From the IMG/VR virus record IMGVR_UViG_3300045988_056900: a stretch of DNA of 64,000 nucleotides. The stretch is one strand, 5' to 3'. Position 1 is the stretch's first letter; each line of letters starts with the position of its first letter. The stretch comes from a virus. Under the pieces are notes generated by a model. The model did no database searches and was not told the DNA's origin. It saw only the letters and a list, made by a program, of their open reading frames with translations. The position numbers were made by a program, and so were the translations under genes. Of the stretch, positions 1 through 10,803 are shown in pieces.

Positions 1-1
1 T

Positions 2-3000
2 CTTAAAGCTGTAGTTATAGTTGGCAATAAGACTAATAATGATTCTGATAGAGCTATAGTCAAGAACTTGGTGGACCCTGACAATCCCTTTGTGATTAGC
101 AACGCAGCTTATGATAAAATGTCCAGTTATGGAGGTTATGAGTTTGCTAAGTTTGATAATACTTTAGATTGGTATAATACAGAAGGCAATGATAGTGTTG
201 AAGTTGTGTCGAGAAATGGGCATAGTATTACTCTAAAAAGATTAACTGGTCCTAATTTTTGGTATTTCCAAAACAGCACATTTAGAGGGCTTATATCGAA
301 TGTTATTCCATTTAAAGTTAATAGTAATAAGAATATAACTGTCATTTGGGACGTACACGGTCTTAGCATTTCAGAAGGAAAAGATAAAAGTGTTAGAATA
401 CAAGAACTTGTATTAAATCCTAATGAAGACAATTATACTAACTTAAAAACACTAAACGAAGAAGAACTAGCTCAAATAGATATTAGTACAAACTCTTTGT
501 ATTACTTATTATGGTTTGATTTGTCTACTCTTGCAGTAGATGAAGAAGTAACTATAGAAATGCTTCCCCTGTTCGAAGGCGCCTTCGTCACCGACGGAAT
601 CGACGACCTGATTACTTCCACCAAGACCGTGCAGGAGATGCTGGGAGGAAGTAATGAGATTACGGTGGTGAGTATGATTCATCAGGTTAAAGATTCATCT
701 AATAATGTATCTTTTACCAATTATATAAGAGGTAGTGCCAATGGCTATTTCCGTAATATCGTGAATAACTACGACAAGACTGGAATATATGGATATACTT
801 CTTCTGACTTAAAGGCTTTGTCAGTTGTAAATAATATATTAGGTGATAAGAATGATTATACGTCTAATGGCGACAATAGAGACTCCATAATCAATGGTAA
901 TTTTAGCGTTCAAGGATATTCGTATAATGACGGTAATAATACTGGTGATTTTAGCTCTGTCGCTTGGTACTGGACAATCATTGCCAACAAGGTACTTACT
1001 ACCGACCAAATCAACCAAGTAATCGCTTACTTCAACTTGGATAGAACGCTCAAATCTGACATCTATTGCAATATTGCTAAGCAGGGCATCACCAACGAGA
1101 ACCACGCAGAGTTTGGCGACAAGCTGATAGACTTTTCAGGCAACGGTAGGGATATTCAGTTGAACAATATTGCTTGGGACGGAGATAGTGGTATAGGTAA
1201 ATATAATTATCCTAATTGGAAAGTCACGGCAACTATTGCCAATACGTATTCAACTATTGTAAATTATCCAACTGTTAATGGTACTTACTCCATTAATGTT
1301 AATGGTGTATCAGAATTGATGCAATCAATAGGGCTGCATTTGGAGATAAAGTACACTACTTCTACGGGAATTATATATAAGGATATAAAACAAGATGGTG
1401 TATATTCATATATTTTACCTGATGGAGCTACGGATTTAACATTAAGATTTGGAGGTATTCCGGGAATTGTAAATGAACCATGCAATATAACCATCACACA
1501 AATCCCTTCCCACGCAGGTGCTCTCTGTCTTGACGGAGTAAATGACTTCGGACAGTTTGTAGGAGACTTGGAATTGAAAGATTATACTTTTATTGCTGAT
1601 AGAGCTTATAGTAGAATAGCTCCATCACAAGTACCATTTATAGCTTCCACACAGACAAATGGGCAAGCTCCATTTCTTATGGAATATTTGAATGAAGATA
1701 CTTATGTTTATCCTCATAGTTTTGGTACTACTACTAAAACTATAAATTTGAATATACAAAGACAAATATCATATCAATCAACTTATGTATATAATGGAAA
1801 TAGTATATCAAAAGGAATATCTGTTGATACAGGTGACGGATTGACTATTGGAAACTCTGGTAGTACAGGAGCACAATATTCTCCATTATGTCTTTGGTCT
1901 TTAATGCTCTTCCCTTATAGTATGTCCGAGTTCTTGATAGAGCGTCAGTTGAAGAAACACAAACTAGGTACGCTGTATCCGGATATGGTGGAGTTTAGAC
2001 CTGTTATCAATAGTAACGTTTTGTTAGATTCTAAACCAACATTCGTTATTCGTGGTACTAGTACTCATCTAAATGCAGGAGATTATGTTCCTGAAAATAG
2101 TCAAATATGGGTAAGTATTAAAATGAATAACATTGCCGATAGAATAACTAAGTTTACTGTTAATGGCAAGACTATTGATATTCCTGAAAATGCTTATAGT
2201 GAAGTCACATTGCAATATGGTTTCCCTTTTGTAATAGATAAATCTCCACAGAAGATTGGTATAACTATTGAACAGGATGAAAACTATGTTTTGTTCAATC
2301 CTGTTATTACAAGTAATGTAGAATATCATAGGTTAGACTTTTATTTAAATAATTATCAAAAGATAATTAATATAGGAGATTATATACCAAAAGATGCTTA
2401 TCTTAGAGCTAATATATATTTAAATAATAATGTTGATGAACTTACAGCGTTTATATTTAACGGAGTAAATATTGGTTATAGAAGAAGTTCCGTTGATGAT
2501 ACGGCTTTTAATATTAGTCATATATATAATTATGATTCTCCACAAGAAGTAAATATTACTATTGATGAGTACATCAGATATGAGGACATTGTGCAGCCGT
2601 ATCCAGTTCTATTGAGATTCAACGATGAAAACGGTAATGAAGTATCTTGGGGAGGTAAGTTTAGAGTAGGCTCTACTATTACTAGAATAGGTTCTGCCGC
2701 TGATTCTAATCTACTTCCTAATATATATAATATATTTGGATTATTATTGAATGACAATCAAGTAACTAGTTCTAAAGTTATTGTTGAAAAAACAATGGTA
2801 TTTAAGGCTAAAAGTGCTTATATATTTGATAATAATGAACCTAACTGTATTCTTTCTCCTAGACTATTGAGAATACCTAACTCTAGCTATAAGATTCTAG
2901 GTTACATTCCCGATATATCCGGTCATGGTAATCATGGAGTTATTCATAACTCGGCTTATGCAGAAGGAAGTGGAGTTAATGAAGATGGTTCATACCAATT

Positions 3001-3469
3001 TGATGGCGTAGACGACTTTGTTACTATTCCTACTACGGTCGGTGGTAAGCAGGTGTTGATGAAAGTTAATTGGGATAGTTCTAATTCTGCTTTACTATAT
3101 GACCAAAGAGGTTATAATAATGAGTTTGCTATCTATAACGGTTCGGCAGATAGTGATGGCAATCCTATTCCGGCTTATCAAGGGAGAAACAATGGACAAA
3201 CATACATTGATGGAATCTTGAATAGTAATATTAAGGCTTCGGAATTGAGAGCTATTACCCATAATATTACTATTACAAATGAGTTAAGTGCAGGGGTAAA
3301 TAAATTTTCTCCTGTTATTGGTTCAAACAGAGCACACAATGCTTACTTTACTAATATGGCATTGTACGACTTCATGCTCTTCGACAACATCTCAACAGAC
3401 GATAAGATTAAAGAGCTGAATGAGTATGTAGGAATAGAAGGCAATACAGAATGGAGAAAGACGAAATAA
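2..3469 (+). CDS. Tail fibre / receptor-binding protein with LamG (concanavalin-A-like lectin) type modules; 5' end lies outside the window
   Basis: The frame stays open from base 2 upstream of the listed ORF 68..3469 and ends in TAA. LamG-style motifs are present: ALCLDGVNDFGQFVGD, YQFDGVDDFVTIPT and GNGRDIQLNNIAWDGDSG. There is no in-frame TAG. Confidence 0.8.
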   Translation, partial: LKAVVIVGNKTNNDSDRAIVKNLVDPDNPFVISNAAYDKMSSYGGYEFAKFDNTLDWYNTEGNDSVEVVSRNGHSITLKRLTGPNFWYFQNSTFRGLISNVIPFKVNSNKNITVIWDVHGLSISEGKDKSVRIQELVLNPNEDNYTNLKTLNEEELAQIDISTNSLYYLLWFDLSTLAVDEEVTIEMLPLFEGAFVTDGIDDLITSTKTVQEMLGGSNEITVVSMIHQVKDSSNNVSFTNYIRGSANGYFRNIVNNYDKTGIYGYTSSDLKALSVVNNILGDKNDYTSNGDNRDSIINGNFSVQGYSYNDGNNTGDFSSVAWYWTIIANKVLTTDQINQVIAYFNLDRTLKSDIYCNIAKQGITNENHAEFGDKLIDFSGNGRDIQLNNIAWDGDSGIGKYNYPNWKVTATIANTYSTIVNYPTVNGTYSINVNGVSELMQSIGLHLEIKYTTSTGIIYKDIKQDGVYSYILPDGATDLTLRFGGIPGIVNEPCNITITQIPSHAGALCLDGVNDFGQFVGDLELKDYTFIADRAYSRIAPSQVPFIASTQTNGQAPFLMEYLNEDTYVYPHSFGTTTKTINLNIQRQISYQSTYVYNGNSISKGISVDTGDGLTIGNSGSTGAQYSPLCLWSLMLFPYSMSEFLIERQLKKHKLGTLYPDMVEFRPVINSNVLLDSKPTFVIRGTSTHLNAGDYVPENSQIWVSIKMNNIADRITKFTVNGKTIDIPENAYSEVTLQYGFPFVIDKSPQKIGITIEQDENYVLFNPVITSNVEYHRLDFYLNNYQKIINIGDYIPKDAYLRANIYLNNNVDELTAFIFNGVNIGYRRSSVDDTAFNISHIYNYDSPQEVNITIDEYIRYEDIVQPYPVLLRFNDENGNEVSWGGKFRVGSTITRIGSAADSNLLPNIYNIFGLLLNDNQVTSSKVIVEKTMVFKAKSAYIFDNNEPNCILSPRLLRIPNSSYKILGYIPDISGHGNHGVIHNSAYAEGSGVNEDGSYQFDGVDDFVTIPTTVGGKQVLMKVNWDSSNSALLYDQRGYNNEFAIYNGSADSDGNPIPAYQGRNNGQTYIDGILNSNIKASELRAITHNITITNELSAGVNKFSPVIGSNRAHNAYFTNMALYDFMLFDNISTDDKIKELNEYVGIEGNTEWRKTK

Positions 3470-3500
3470 TTGATTTAACTAACCCAATATTTATACAAGA

Positions 3501-3776
3501 ATGAAATATATTGTTGTACCAGCCGAGATGCTGATTGATATAACACAAAATACACTAGACGAAATGCATTTAGTATTTCGTTATAGTGTAGATGGAACTG
3601 AAGTAATCATGAAAGTTGCTAACTATGAATTACTATTCCCATCAGCAATGACATTACCTTTAACAGAAGAAGATGAAACTCCGGAAGTAGTATATCCGTA
3701 TCCTACCTATGAAGGAGAAGAATTACAGAAATTGTTAAGCAGTGATAAATGGACTAATAAAGAAGAACAACTATGA
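3501..3776 (+). CDS. Small hypothetical protein, possibly a fibre assembly factor
   Basis: Intact 91-aa ORF. Its TGA stop overlaps the next ATG (ATGA at 3773), which suggests translational coupling. Confidence 0.6.
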   Translation: MKYIVVPAEMLIDITQNTLDEMHLVFRYSVDGTEVIMKVANYELLFPSAMTLPLTEEDETPEVVYPYPTYEGEELQKLLSSDKWTNKEEQL

Positions 3777-4303
3777 GAGAAACTATAAATTTCGTACCTA
3801 GTAAGTCAACCCCCAATCACAAAGAAGTACAGTATTGGATAGACTTACAAACTGATCCATATGGTAGATGTATTAAAGCATGGACTGGATCTGAATGGAG
3901 TACTATTACTGATAATGATCTAATTGAATCTATTAACAAAGAACTAGCTAATAAAGCAAATAAAGCTACTACTTTGTCTGGTTATGGTATTCAGGATGCA
4001 TATACTAAGGAACAAGTAGATGCTAAAGTAGCATCTGTATATAGAGTGAAAGGTTCTGTAGCTAATTTCGAAGCACTACCTGCTACAGCTGTAGTTGGAG
4101 ACGTATATAATCTAACAGATACTGGTGCTAACTATGTATGTATTGTAGCTAGTCCTGCTGAATGGGATAAGTTATCTGAAACAGTAGACTTGAGTCACTG
4201 TGTAACATCTGATGAAGTATCTACTGTAGTATCTATGACTTAGACAGAATATGACACTTTGTCTGTTAAAGATTCTAAAACACTATATTTAATTCACGAA
4301 TAA
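3773..4303 (+). CDS. Tail-fibre-like protein, read through one in-frame TAG (4241-4243)
   Basis: After the TAG the same frame continues as TEYDTLSVKDSKTLYLIHE and ends at TAA 4301. This matches the common phage fibre C-terminal motif (xEYDxLxxKDxNTLYxI). Confidence 0.7.
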
Positions 4304-4304
4304 T

Positions 4305-5546
4305 ATGAAATTAGGAGATAAAAATATTGTAGCTGCATATCTTGGCGATGTTAATGTATTTACTAACTATTATGGAGTTAGCTTTCCTATAGAACCGTAG
4401 AGTACATTATTGACTAGAACCGGGTATATGCCTTGGCATAAAGAACTTCCTATACATTCTAAGATGAAGTCTTGCACGATTACTTCTGATGGAACAGTTA
4501 AATATCTTAATGCTACAGATAGAACCAAGTATGAAGATGGTACTGATAGAGACATGACATTAAATACTATGGTAGAAATACCAGAGTTCTGGTATAAATG
4601 TATGAGAGATGATACTACTGTATATTTGAACTTATATCCAGCAGATCCTCATATTCCAGAAGCTGAACATGTGGAGAAGTTCTATATTTCTGCATATGAA
4701 GCATCTAATGTAGATAATGTGTTAAAATCTATTAACAATGGATCTATTACTCCAGTAGTAAACATTAATAGAACTACTATGCAATCTAGAGCTAGGGCTA
4801 ATAACTCCAGTACTACGAATTGGAACATGTATACTTACAGAGCTCATAGAATACTTACTGTGCTTTACTTAGTTGAATATGCATGTACCAACAGTTAGAA
4901 AGCTTTCAATGCCGAATTAACTGCAGAAGGATATCATCAAGGAGGCTTAGGAGATGGAGTTACTACAGGTAATATTAAAGTAAATGGAGTAGATACTTGG
5001 AGTTGTGTACCTTGCGGAAGTACAGACGAACATGGTAACTTTACTGGAATAACTCCCGTTACAGTTACTAGTACTGATGCAGAAGGTACTGCTACTCAAA
5101 AGACTTATAGTGTTCCTACTTATAGAGGTATTGAGAATCCATTTGGTCATGTATGGAAAAATTGTATAGACACACTTGTACATTTTAATGCGCAAACTAA
5201 TAAAAATGACGTTTATATAAATACCGACTTAAGTACATTTGGATCTACTGATATATCTGATTATGACTATCAATGTAGTACCACTATTACTGAAGGTTAT
5301 AAGAAGAAGTTAGTATACAATGCAGCATTTGATATATTGCCTCCAATAGATGAAGCATTTGGTGGTAGTACTACAACTTATTGGTGTGACTACAATTGGA
5401 CTAATAATAGTACAACTGATAGGCTAACATTAATAGGCGGTGATGCTGGTAATAGCGCGTATGCTGGGTTGCTCCTTGTTCTTTCTGGCGATGGGCTTGG
5501 CCATGCTAGTGCTACTATCGGTACTCGGTTAATCTATATACCGTAA
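4305..5546 (+). CDS. DGR target protein with a C-terminal C-type-lectin / FGE-like variable domain; two in-frame TAGs (4398, 4896)
   Basis: ATG 4305 and ORF fragments 4410.. and 5337.. share one frame. YRGIENPFGHVWKNCID and YWCDYNW are typical of FGE/CLec-fold DGR targets. The VR occupies the last ~35 codons before TAA 5544. Confidence 0.85.
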
Positions 5547-5548
5547 TT
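5436..5548 (+). repeat. DGR variable repeat (VR)
   Basis: 5436-5525 aligns without gaps to 5585-5674. The shared CCGTAATT end is at 5541-5548 and 5681-5688, with a 9-nt indel between the two copies. Confidence 0.9.
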
Positions 5549-5580
5549 TAATTAAAAATATAGATAGGTTGTTCCTCATC

Positions 5581-5688
5581 ATTAAGCAGTAATGCTAGTA
5601 ATAGCACGAATGCTAGGTTACTCAATGTTAATTCTAACAATGAGCTTAGCAATGCTAATGCTAATATCAGTACACTGAATCCGTAATT
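5581..5688 (+). repeat. DGR template repeat (TR), part of the DGR RNA
   Basis: Non-coding copy of the VR, rich in AAT/AAC/AGY codon-equivalents. It lies 35 nt after the target stop and 118 nt before the RT ATG. Confidence 0.9.
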
Positions 5689-5805
5689 AAACAAATAAAG
5701 AAATTAAGAGACTGTAGAGGGAGACCTTACCCCTTGGTAAAAGATAACATACTAATTAACTGTGTTAGTAACTTTTTTTCGTGAAAACTCGGTAATGGAT
5801 TACAG

Positions 5806-6831
5806 ATGAAAAGATATAATAATTTATTTGACAAAATAGTAACTTTAGACAATTTATATCTAGCGGATAAAAGAGCTAGAAGACAAAAACAACATAGACC
5901 TGAAATAATTAATTTTGATAAGAATAGAGAAAAATTACTTTTAGATCTATAGAAGAAATTAATAGATGGTGAATATAAGACTTCTGAATATTATATATTC
6001 AAGATATATGAACCTAAAGAAAGAGAAATATTCAAGCTTCCATACTATCCAGATAGAATAGTACATCATGCTATTATGAACATTATGGAACCTATTTGGG
6101 TATCATCTTTCATTAAAGGAACTTATAGTTGTATAAAAAATCGTGGTATACATAAAGCTCTGAAAGATGTTAAGTTCGCACTGAAAGATGAAGCCAATAC
6201 AAAATACTGTCTTAAGTTAGATGTCAGAAAATTTTATCCTTCAATAGATCATGATATATTAAAATAGTTAATAAGAAGAAAAGTAAAAGATAAGAAACTA
6301 TTAGTTATATTAGATGAAATAATAGATTCTGCATAGGGAGTACCTATTGGCAATTACTTATCACAATTCTTCGCTAATTTATATTTAACATATCTAGATC
6401 ACTGGATCAAAGAAGAAAAACATATAAAATACTATTTCAGATACGCAGATGATATTGTAATACTTCATAGTGATAAAGACTATTTAAGATAGTTGTTTAA
6501 GGATATGAAGTAGTACTTAGAAGAGAGGCTTAACATTAACTTTAAAGATAATTGGCAAATATTTAAAGTTGACGATAGAGGAATAGATTTCGTAGGGTAT
6601 AAGATATTTCATACTCACACTCTGTTAAGAAAGCATATTAAGAAGAACTTCTGTAAAAGAGTAAGTAAATTGAACAAGAAAGATAACTTAGACAAGAGTG
6701 CTTATCAATAGAAAATATGTAGTTATATAGGTTGGATTAAGTACTGTAATGGTCGTAATTTATTTAGTAAAATGACTAAATATAAAGAGCTATTGCGATA
6801 CATATCAAAAAGTAAGAAGAAGAAAACCTAA
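5806..6831 (+). CDS. DGR reverse transcriptase, read through six in-frame TAGs (5950, 6265, 6334, 6490, 6511, 6709)
   Basis: GVPIGNYLSQFFANLYL is the DGR-RT signature (IGxxxSQ) and FRYADDIVIL is the YxDD box. All fragments share one frame and the gene ends at TAA 6829. Confidence 0.9.
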
Positions 6832-6874
6832 CACAATAACATACGTTTTTAAGGTATATCTCAGATAAAATATC

Positions 6875-6908
6875 ATCCCTGTCAGAGCAATCTCTCAGGG
6901 TTTTTTAC
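6875..6908 (+). terminator. Rho-independent terminator after the RT gene
   Basis: Imperfect hairpin CCCTG(TC)AGAG-CAAT-CTCTCAGGG followed by TTTTTT. Confidence 0.7.
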
Positions 6909-6953
6909 TTTCTCAAAATACTTGCTATGATTCACAATATAGGAGATTCAATA

Positions 6954-7457
6954 ATGACTTTGTTCAAAAGTATATTCAGTAGCGCAGGAAGATTCGCTAG
7001 CAGTTGCTTTGCTGGAATAACATCTTTCTTAGCACCAGTTTAGGTAGCTATAATTGCGGCAACTAGTTTTATACTGATAGATGTCATATTAGGTTACAAA
7101 GTATCAAGAAAATACGGGCATGAACATATCGAGTCTTATAAGCTATGGAAAACTATTAATAAAGTATTTGAAGCTACATTATTAATAGTAGGAGCATATG
7201 TTATAGATACTCATATAGTTACTTCATTGAACTTACATGCCGTAGAGTTTGTATCTGGTATGATATGTGGAACTGAATTCATATCCTGGCTAGAATCAAT
7301 GAAGGATTTACATCCGGATTGCAAAATATGTAAAGTATTAGAAAAAGTACTAGGCAAAGTTATCAAAGCTAAAGGTGAAAAGTATCTAGGAGTAGATTTA
7401 GATATAAAAGATTTTAAACCAAATAACAATGATAACAGCAATAATATCAGTAGTTAA
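6954..7457 (+). CDS. Holin-like membrane protein (one in-frame TAG)
   Basis: Several hydrophobic helices (FLAPV-TAG-VAIIAATSFILIDVILGY; ATLLIVGAYVI; FVSGMICGTEFISWLES), resembling Bacteroides-phage holin family proteins. The functional assignment is tentative. Confidence 0.55.
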
Positions 7458-8067
7458 CTGGCTTGCAACACATTTCAGAGCACTTACCATAGGTTTCATA
7501 TGTATACTGTCGGTAAGTGCTTTTTTTATGTACAAGCAGCTACAAAAGAAGGACAAGGAAATAGCTAGACTATCCAATAATAGTGAATATTATGAATCGT
7601 TATTAGATTCAAGTAGAAAAGAAAATCGAACGTTACAACTAACTATATCTGATCTTAATACTAGCAGAGATAGTATAGTACAGTAGTTGAACGATACTAA
7701 AAAGAAATTAAAAATCAAAGACAAGAATCTGGTATAGGCACAGGTAATCAATACCGAAGTTAAAGACTCCGTTAAAACAGTAATTAAAACCAAAGAGGTT
7801 GACTTTACTTAGGAATTAAAATTAAATGATTTAACAACTATCATAGTAAGTAGAAAAGACTCAATCTTAACAGCCACATTAGATTTAAAAAACTAGCAAA
7901 CGCTGTTTGTAGAAGAAAAGAAAGAATATCGTAATAAGTATAAGACGTGGCTAGCCAGATTCTTCCACTTTGATTTTAAAAAAGATATTCACAGAAAATA
8001 TACGATTAACAACTCTAACAAACTTATCAAAGTAACAGATACTAGAATAATAGAGATTAGTAAATAA
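7429..8067 (+). CDS. N-terminal TM plus coiled-coil protein (spanin/Rz-like?); four in-frame TAGs
   Basis: TM segment LTIGFICILSVSAFFMY followed by charged heptad-like sequence. Single frame, only TAG interruptions, TAA at 8065. Overlaps the holin-like gene. Confidence 0.5.
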
Positions 8068-8097
8068 AATCAATCTATAATATTAATCAATAATAAT

Positions 8098-8703
8098 ATG
8101 CATAGAATAATCCGTACAAAAGCTTATGAAGCTAAACATGGTCCTCACTTTGATGAAGAACATGCACGTAAAGCTGTAAGTAAGATGGAAAACGAAGACG
8201 GATCTAGAGGCCAACATTGGTCTGTAGAAGAAACCTCTGCTCTTGCAAATCAATACGGAATTCGCTTTGATAGCAAGTTCAATAAGTATGATTGGTATGT
8301 TGCATTGAATATGGTTTACTCAGATTACTACAAAGTAATTGTTAACATGACAGGTTCTAATAACTCTAAGTATTTCGTAGAGTTAGCTAAAGCCTGGATA
8401 TGTGACAAAGACATTGATGAAGGTAAAATGTGGTACTATTATATTTATGTAATGTGCGATAAGCTGAGAGATGCAGAAGAAGAATACTTCGATAGAAACT
8501 ACAGCAAATATGAAGATGAAGATGATGACGATGACGAACCCTATGGAACTTACCGTAGAGGTGGAAGAATGGGAAGATCTTCATATGGTAGACGTAGAGA
8601 ATATGACAGAGAATACGATGAGAGGGATTATGAGAAGGAAAGAATGTTTCCTTACGAAGATGAACTTAAACGTGGTCGTTCTGTACGTTATATTAGATAT
8701 TAA
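8098..8703 (+). CDS. Hypothetical protein with an acidic/Arg-rich C-terminal tail
   Basis: Intact 201-aa ORF with a DEDDDDDEPYGTYRRGGRMGRSSYGRRREYDREYDERDYE tail. No TAG. Confidence 0.7.
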   Translation: MHRIIRTKAYEAKHGPHFDEEHARKAVSKMENEDGSRGQHWSVEETSALANQYGIRFDSKFNKYDWYVALNMVYSDYYKVIVNMTGSNNSKYFVELAKAWICDKDIDEGKMWYYYIYVMCDKLRDAEEEYFDRNYSKYEDEDDDDDEPYGTYRRGGRMGRSSYGRRREYDREYDERDYEKERMFPYEDELKRGRSVRYIRY

Positions 8704-8735
8704 TCAAATTAAATCAATCCTAAATAAAATCAATT

Positions 8736-9719
8736 ATGTTAGAAGATAAAATTATCCTTCAAGACCGCGGTTTTGACGCTGGTCTGGCTGCTTTAATGCA
8801 GAATGCAAATAAAGGTATGGACCCTGCTGCTTTGATGGCTATGATGAATAACAATGGCGGATTCGGCGGTAACGGCGGATGGTGGTGGATCTGGATTATC
8901 CTGATCTTCTTCTGCTGGGGTGGCTGGGGAGGCAACGGCTTCGGTAATAGAGGTGGCGAAGCTTCTCAACTTGCTTCTCAATTGAATACTGATGCTAATA
9001 CTAGTCTGTTGATGCAGGCTATCAATGGTAATAAAGAAGCTATCAGCAACTTGTCTAATACTTTGAATTGTGACTTTAACTCAGTATAGAGTGCATTGAA
9101 TACTATTAATGCTAGTGTAAATCAGATTGCTTGTGATACTAAGTTGTCCAGTCAGCAAGTAATAAATGCTATTACTTCAGGTAATGCATCTCTTGCTTCT
9201 GAATTGGCAAACTGCTGCTGCACCACTTAGAGATCTATAGATGGTGTAAATCTTAACCTGACTAAGATGGGTTACGAAAACCAGTTGGCTGTATGTAATC
9301 AGACTAACAACTTGGTTAACACAATGAACAGCAATACTTTGTCTCTGCGTGATAATGGTACTGCAAATACTAATGCTATTATAGCAAAACTTGATGCTAT
9401 GCAAAATCAGGCACTACTTGACAAGATTGACTCTCTGCGTGAGAAAAATTCTACACTGGTATCTCAGTTAAGTCAAGAACATCAGACTGCTACATTTGGT
9501 ACAATGATAAGTCAGGCTACTACGCCTATTGTTACTAAGTTAAATGCATTGCAATCTGACGTTGATGGTATCAAGTGCAAACTTCCTAACACTGTAAGTG
9601 TACCATATCCTCAGCTGTCTGTTTATAATCCAGAAGTTTTCAAAGCTGCTGCGTATGGAGCTTTTGCTGGTGATACTTATGCAAACTGCGGAATAGGTTA
9701 TAACAACTGTGGTTGCTAA
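8736..9719 (+). CDS. Membrane-anchored Gly/Trp-rich plus coiled-coil protein; two in-frame TAGs
   Basis: Fragments 8736.. and 9267.. share a frame. GGWWWIWIILIFFCWGGWGG is a TM segment. The C terminus is Cys-rich and the gene ends TAA TAA. Confidence 0.7.
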
Positions 9720-9736
9720 TAAGAAAGGAGGTAATT

Positions 9737-10177
9737 ATGTTTCCTTTCTATAATACACAACAAACATTATTCCCGTTTGGTCCTTTTAATCCGTTCTTCT
9801 TCGGTAGACGTCGCAGAAGATTGAATACTATTTCTGGTATACCGGTACTTAGAACTACAGGTGTATCTGCTACTACTACAGAAGTAAGATATGATGTAAA
9901 TCATCAGGAATTCCTTAGTTTACCCAAAGAAGGACTGTTTTTCTTGGATGTAAGACAAGCATCTGCTACAGCTGACGCTTCTCTTCCAGTTGGTTTATCA
10001 GATGATAATGCAGAGAACAATACTACTCAAAGCATGCTTCGTAATGCATTACAAGAAGAAGTACAAGCCGGTGACTTACAACTCAATTTCAGATATTTGA
10101 TTTACTATAATAAATGTAATAACACTTATCAATTAGTAAATGCATATCCTACAAACATAGCTGCACAGGCAGCTTAA
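9737..10177 (+). CDS. Hypothetical protein
   Basis: ATG 9737 is preceded by AAAGGAGG. The ORF is intact to TAA. Confidence 0.65.
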   Translation: MFPFYNTQQTLFPFGPFNPFFFGRRRRRLNTISGIPVLRTTGVSATTTEVRYDVNHQEFLSLPKEGLFFLDVRQASATADASLPVGLSDDNAENNTTQSMLRNALQEEVQAGDLQLNFRYLIYYNKCNNTYQLVNAYPTNIAAQAA

Positions 10178-10184
10178 TATTAAC

Positions 10185-10204
10185 AAGGGCTCTTCGGAGC
10201 CCTT
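10185..10204 (+). terminator. Stem-loop AAGGGCTC-TTCG-GAGCCCTT after gene 9737..10177
   Basis: Perfect 8-bp stem with a TTCG tetraloop. No clear U-tract follows. Confidence 0.5.
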
Positions 10205-10219
10205 AAACAAATACTTATT

Positions 10220-10786
10220 ATGATAACATTTTCGCAATTGAGTATAGGTGATCCTATATACGTATTAGAAATCATAGGTACATTTAAGAAGAGTACTAAT
10301 TACTTTGCCGGTAATATAGTAAGTGTATCTAAAGTGTACGACGAACCACTGCCACCATAGTAGTTTCCAATGCCTAACTAGAATAGAAAGAAGTTGGTAG
10401 ACATAGTTATAAGTTGCGGTGGTGAACAAAAGAAGTTAACAGTAGAGGAAGGCAAATCATTAATTAATGATACTCAACTAGGTCTTACTGTAGCTACAGA
10501 CAAACAACATATAGTTAATATGGTTAAATCTAGCTACAATGAATATAAAGCGAAAAAAGAAGCTGTTGCTAGGTATGACGAAGAAATGACTAAATGTGAA
10601 GCTATACTTAAGTAGTTAGATTATACAGAGAAAGAACCTGAAAAGGAAGATCCTAGAATATAGGAATTACAAGATTAGGTTAGAGAACTTAAAGATTTAA
10701 TAAAACAGGCAAGTAATATGGTTCCACCTTAGATGAAATAGATGTTACCATAGAATATGTAGAAAGCAATGAATGAGGCTAGTTAA
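10220..10786 (+). CDS. Hypothetical protein with ten in-frame TAGs, including a TAG-TAG tandem
   Basis: Single frame from ATG 10220 through fragment 10394..10615 to TAA 10784. Every interruption is TAG. Confidence 0.65.
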
Positions 10787-10803
10787 TAACTAGCCTTTTT
10801 TTA
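10777..10803 (+). terminator. Rho-independent terminator
   Basis: GGCTAGTT-AATAA-AACTAGCC hairpin followed by TTTTTTT. Confidence 0.8.

Larger units (their letters stand above)
4305..6831 (+). mobile_element. Diversity-generating retroelement cassette: target gene with VR, then TR, spacer and reverse transcriptase
   Basis: A VR/TR pair whose differences occur only at TR adenines, followed by a DGR-type RT. See the component features below. Confidence 0.9.

Noticed and set aside
136-2757. Antisense ORFs inside the tail-fibre gene (136..432, 839..1105, 1285..1497, 2069..2329, 2530..2757).
   Set aside because: These are low-complexity shadow ORFs fully nested opposite a long coding frame with recognisable domains.
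5547-5805. I looked for an Avd accessory gene between the DGR target and the RT.
   Set aside because: No ORF is present. The interval holds only the TR and a spacer with small hairpins.
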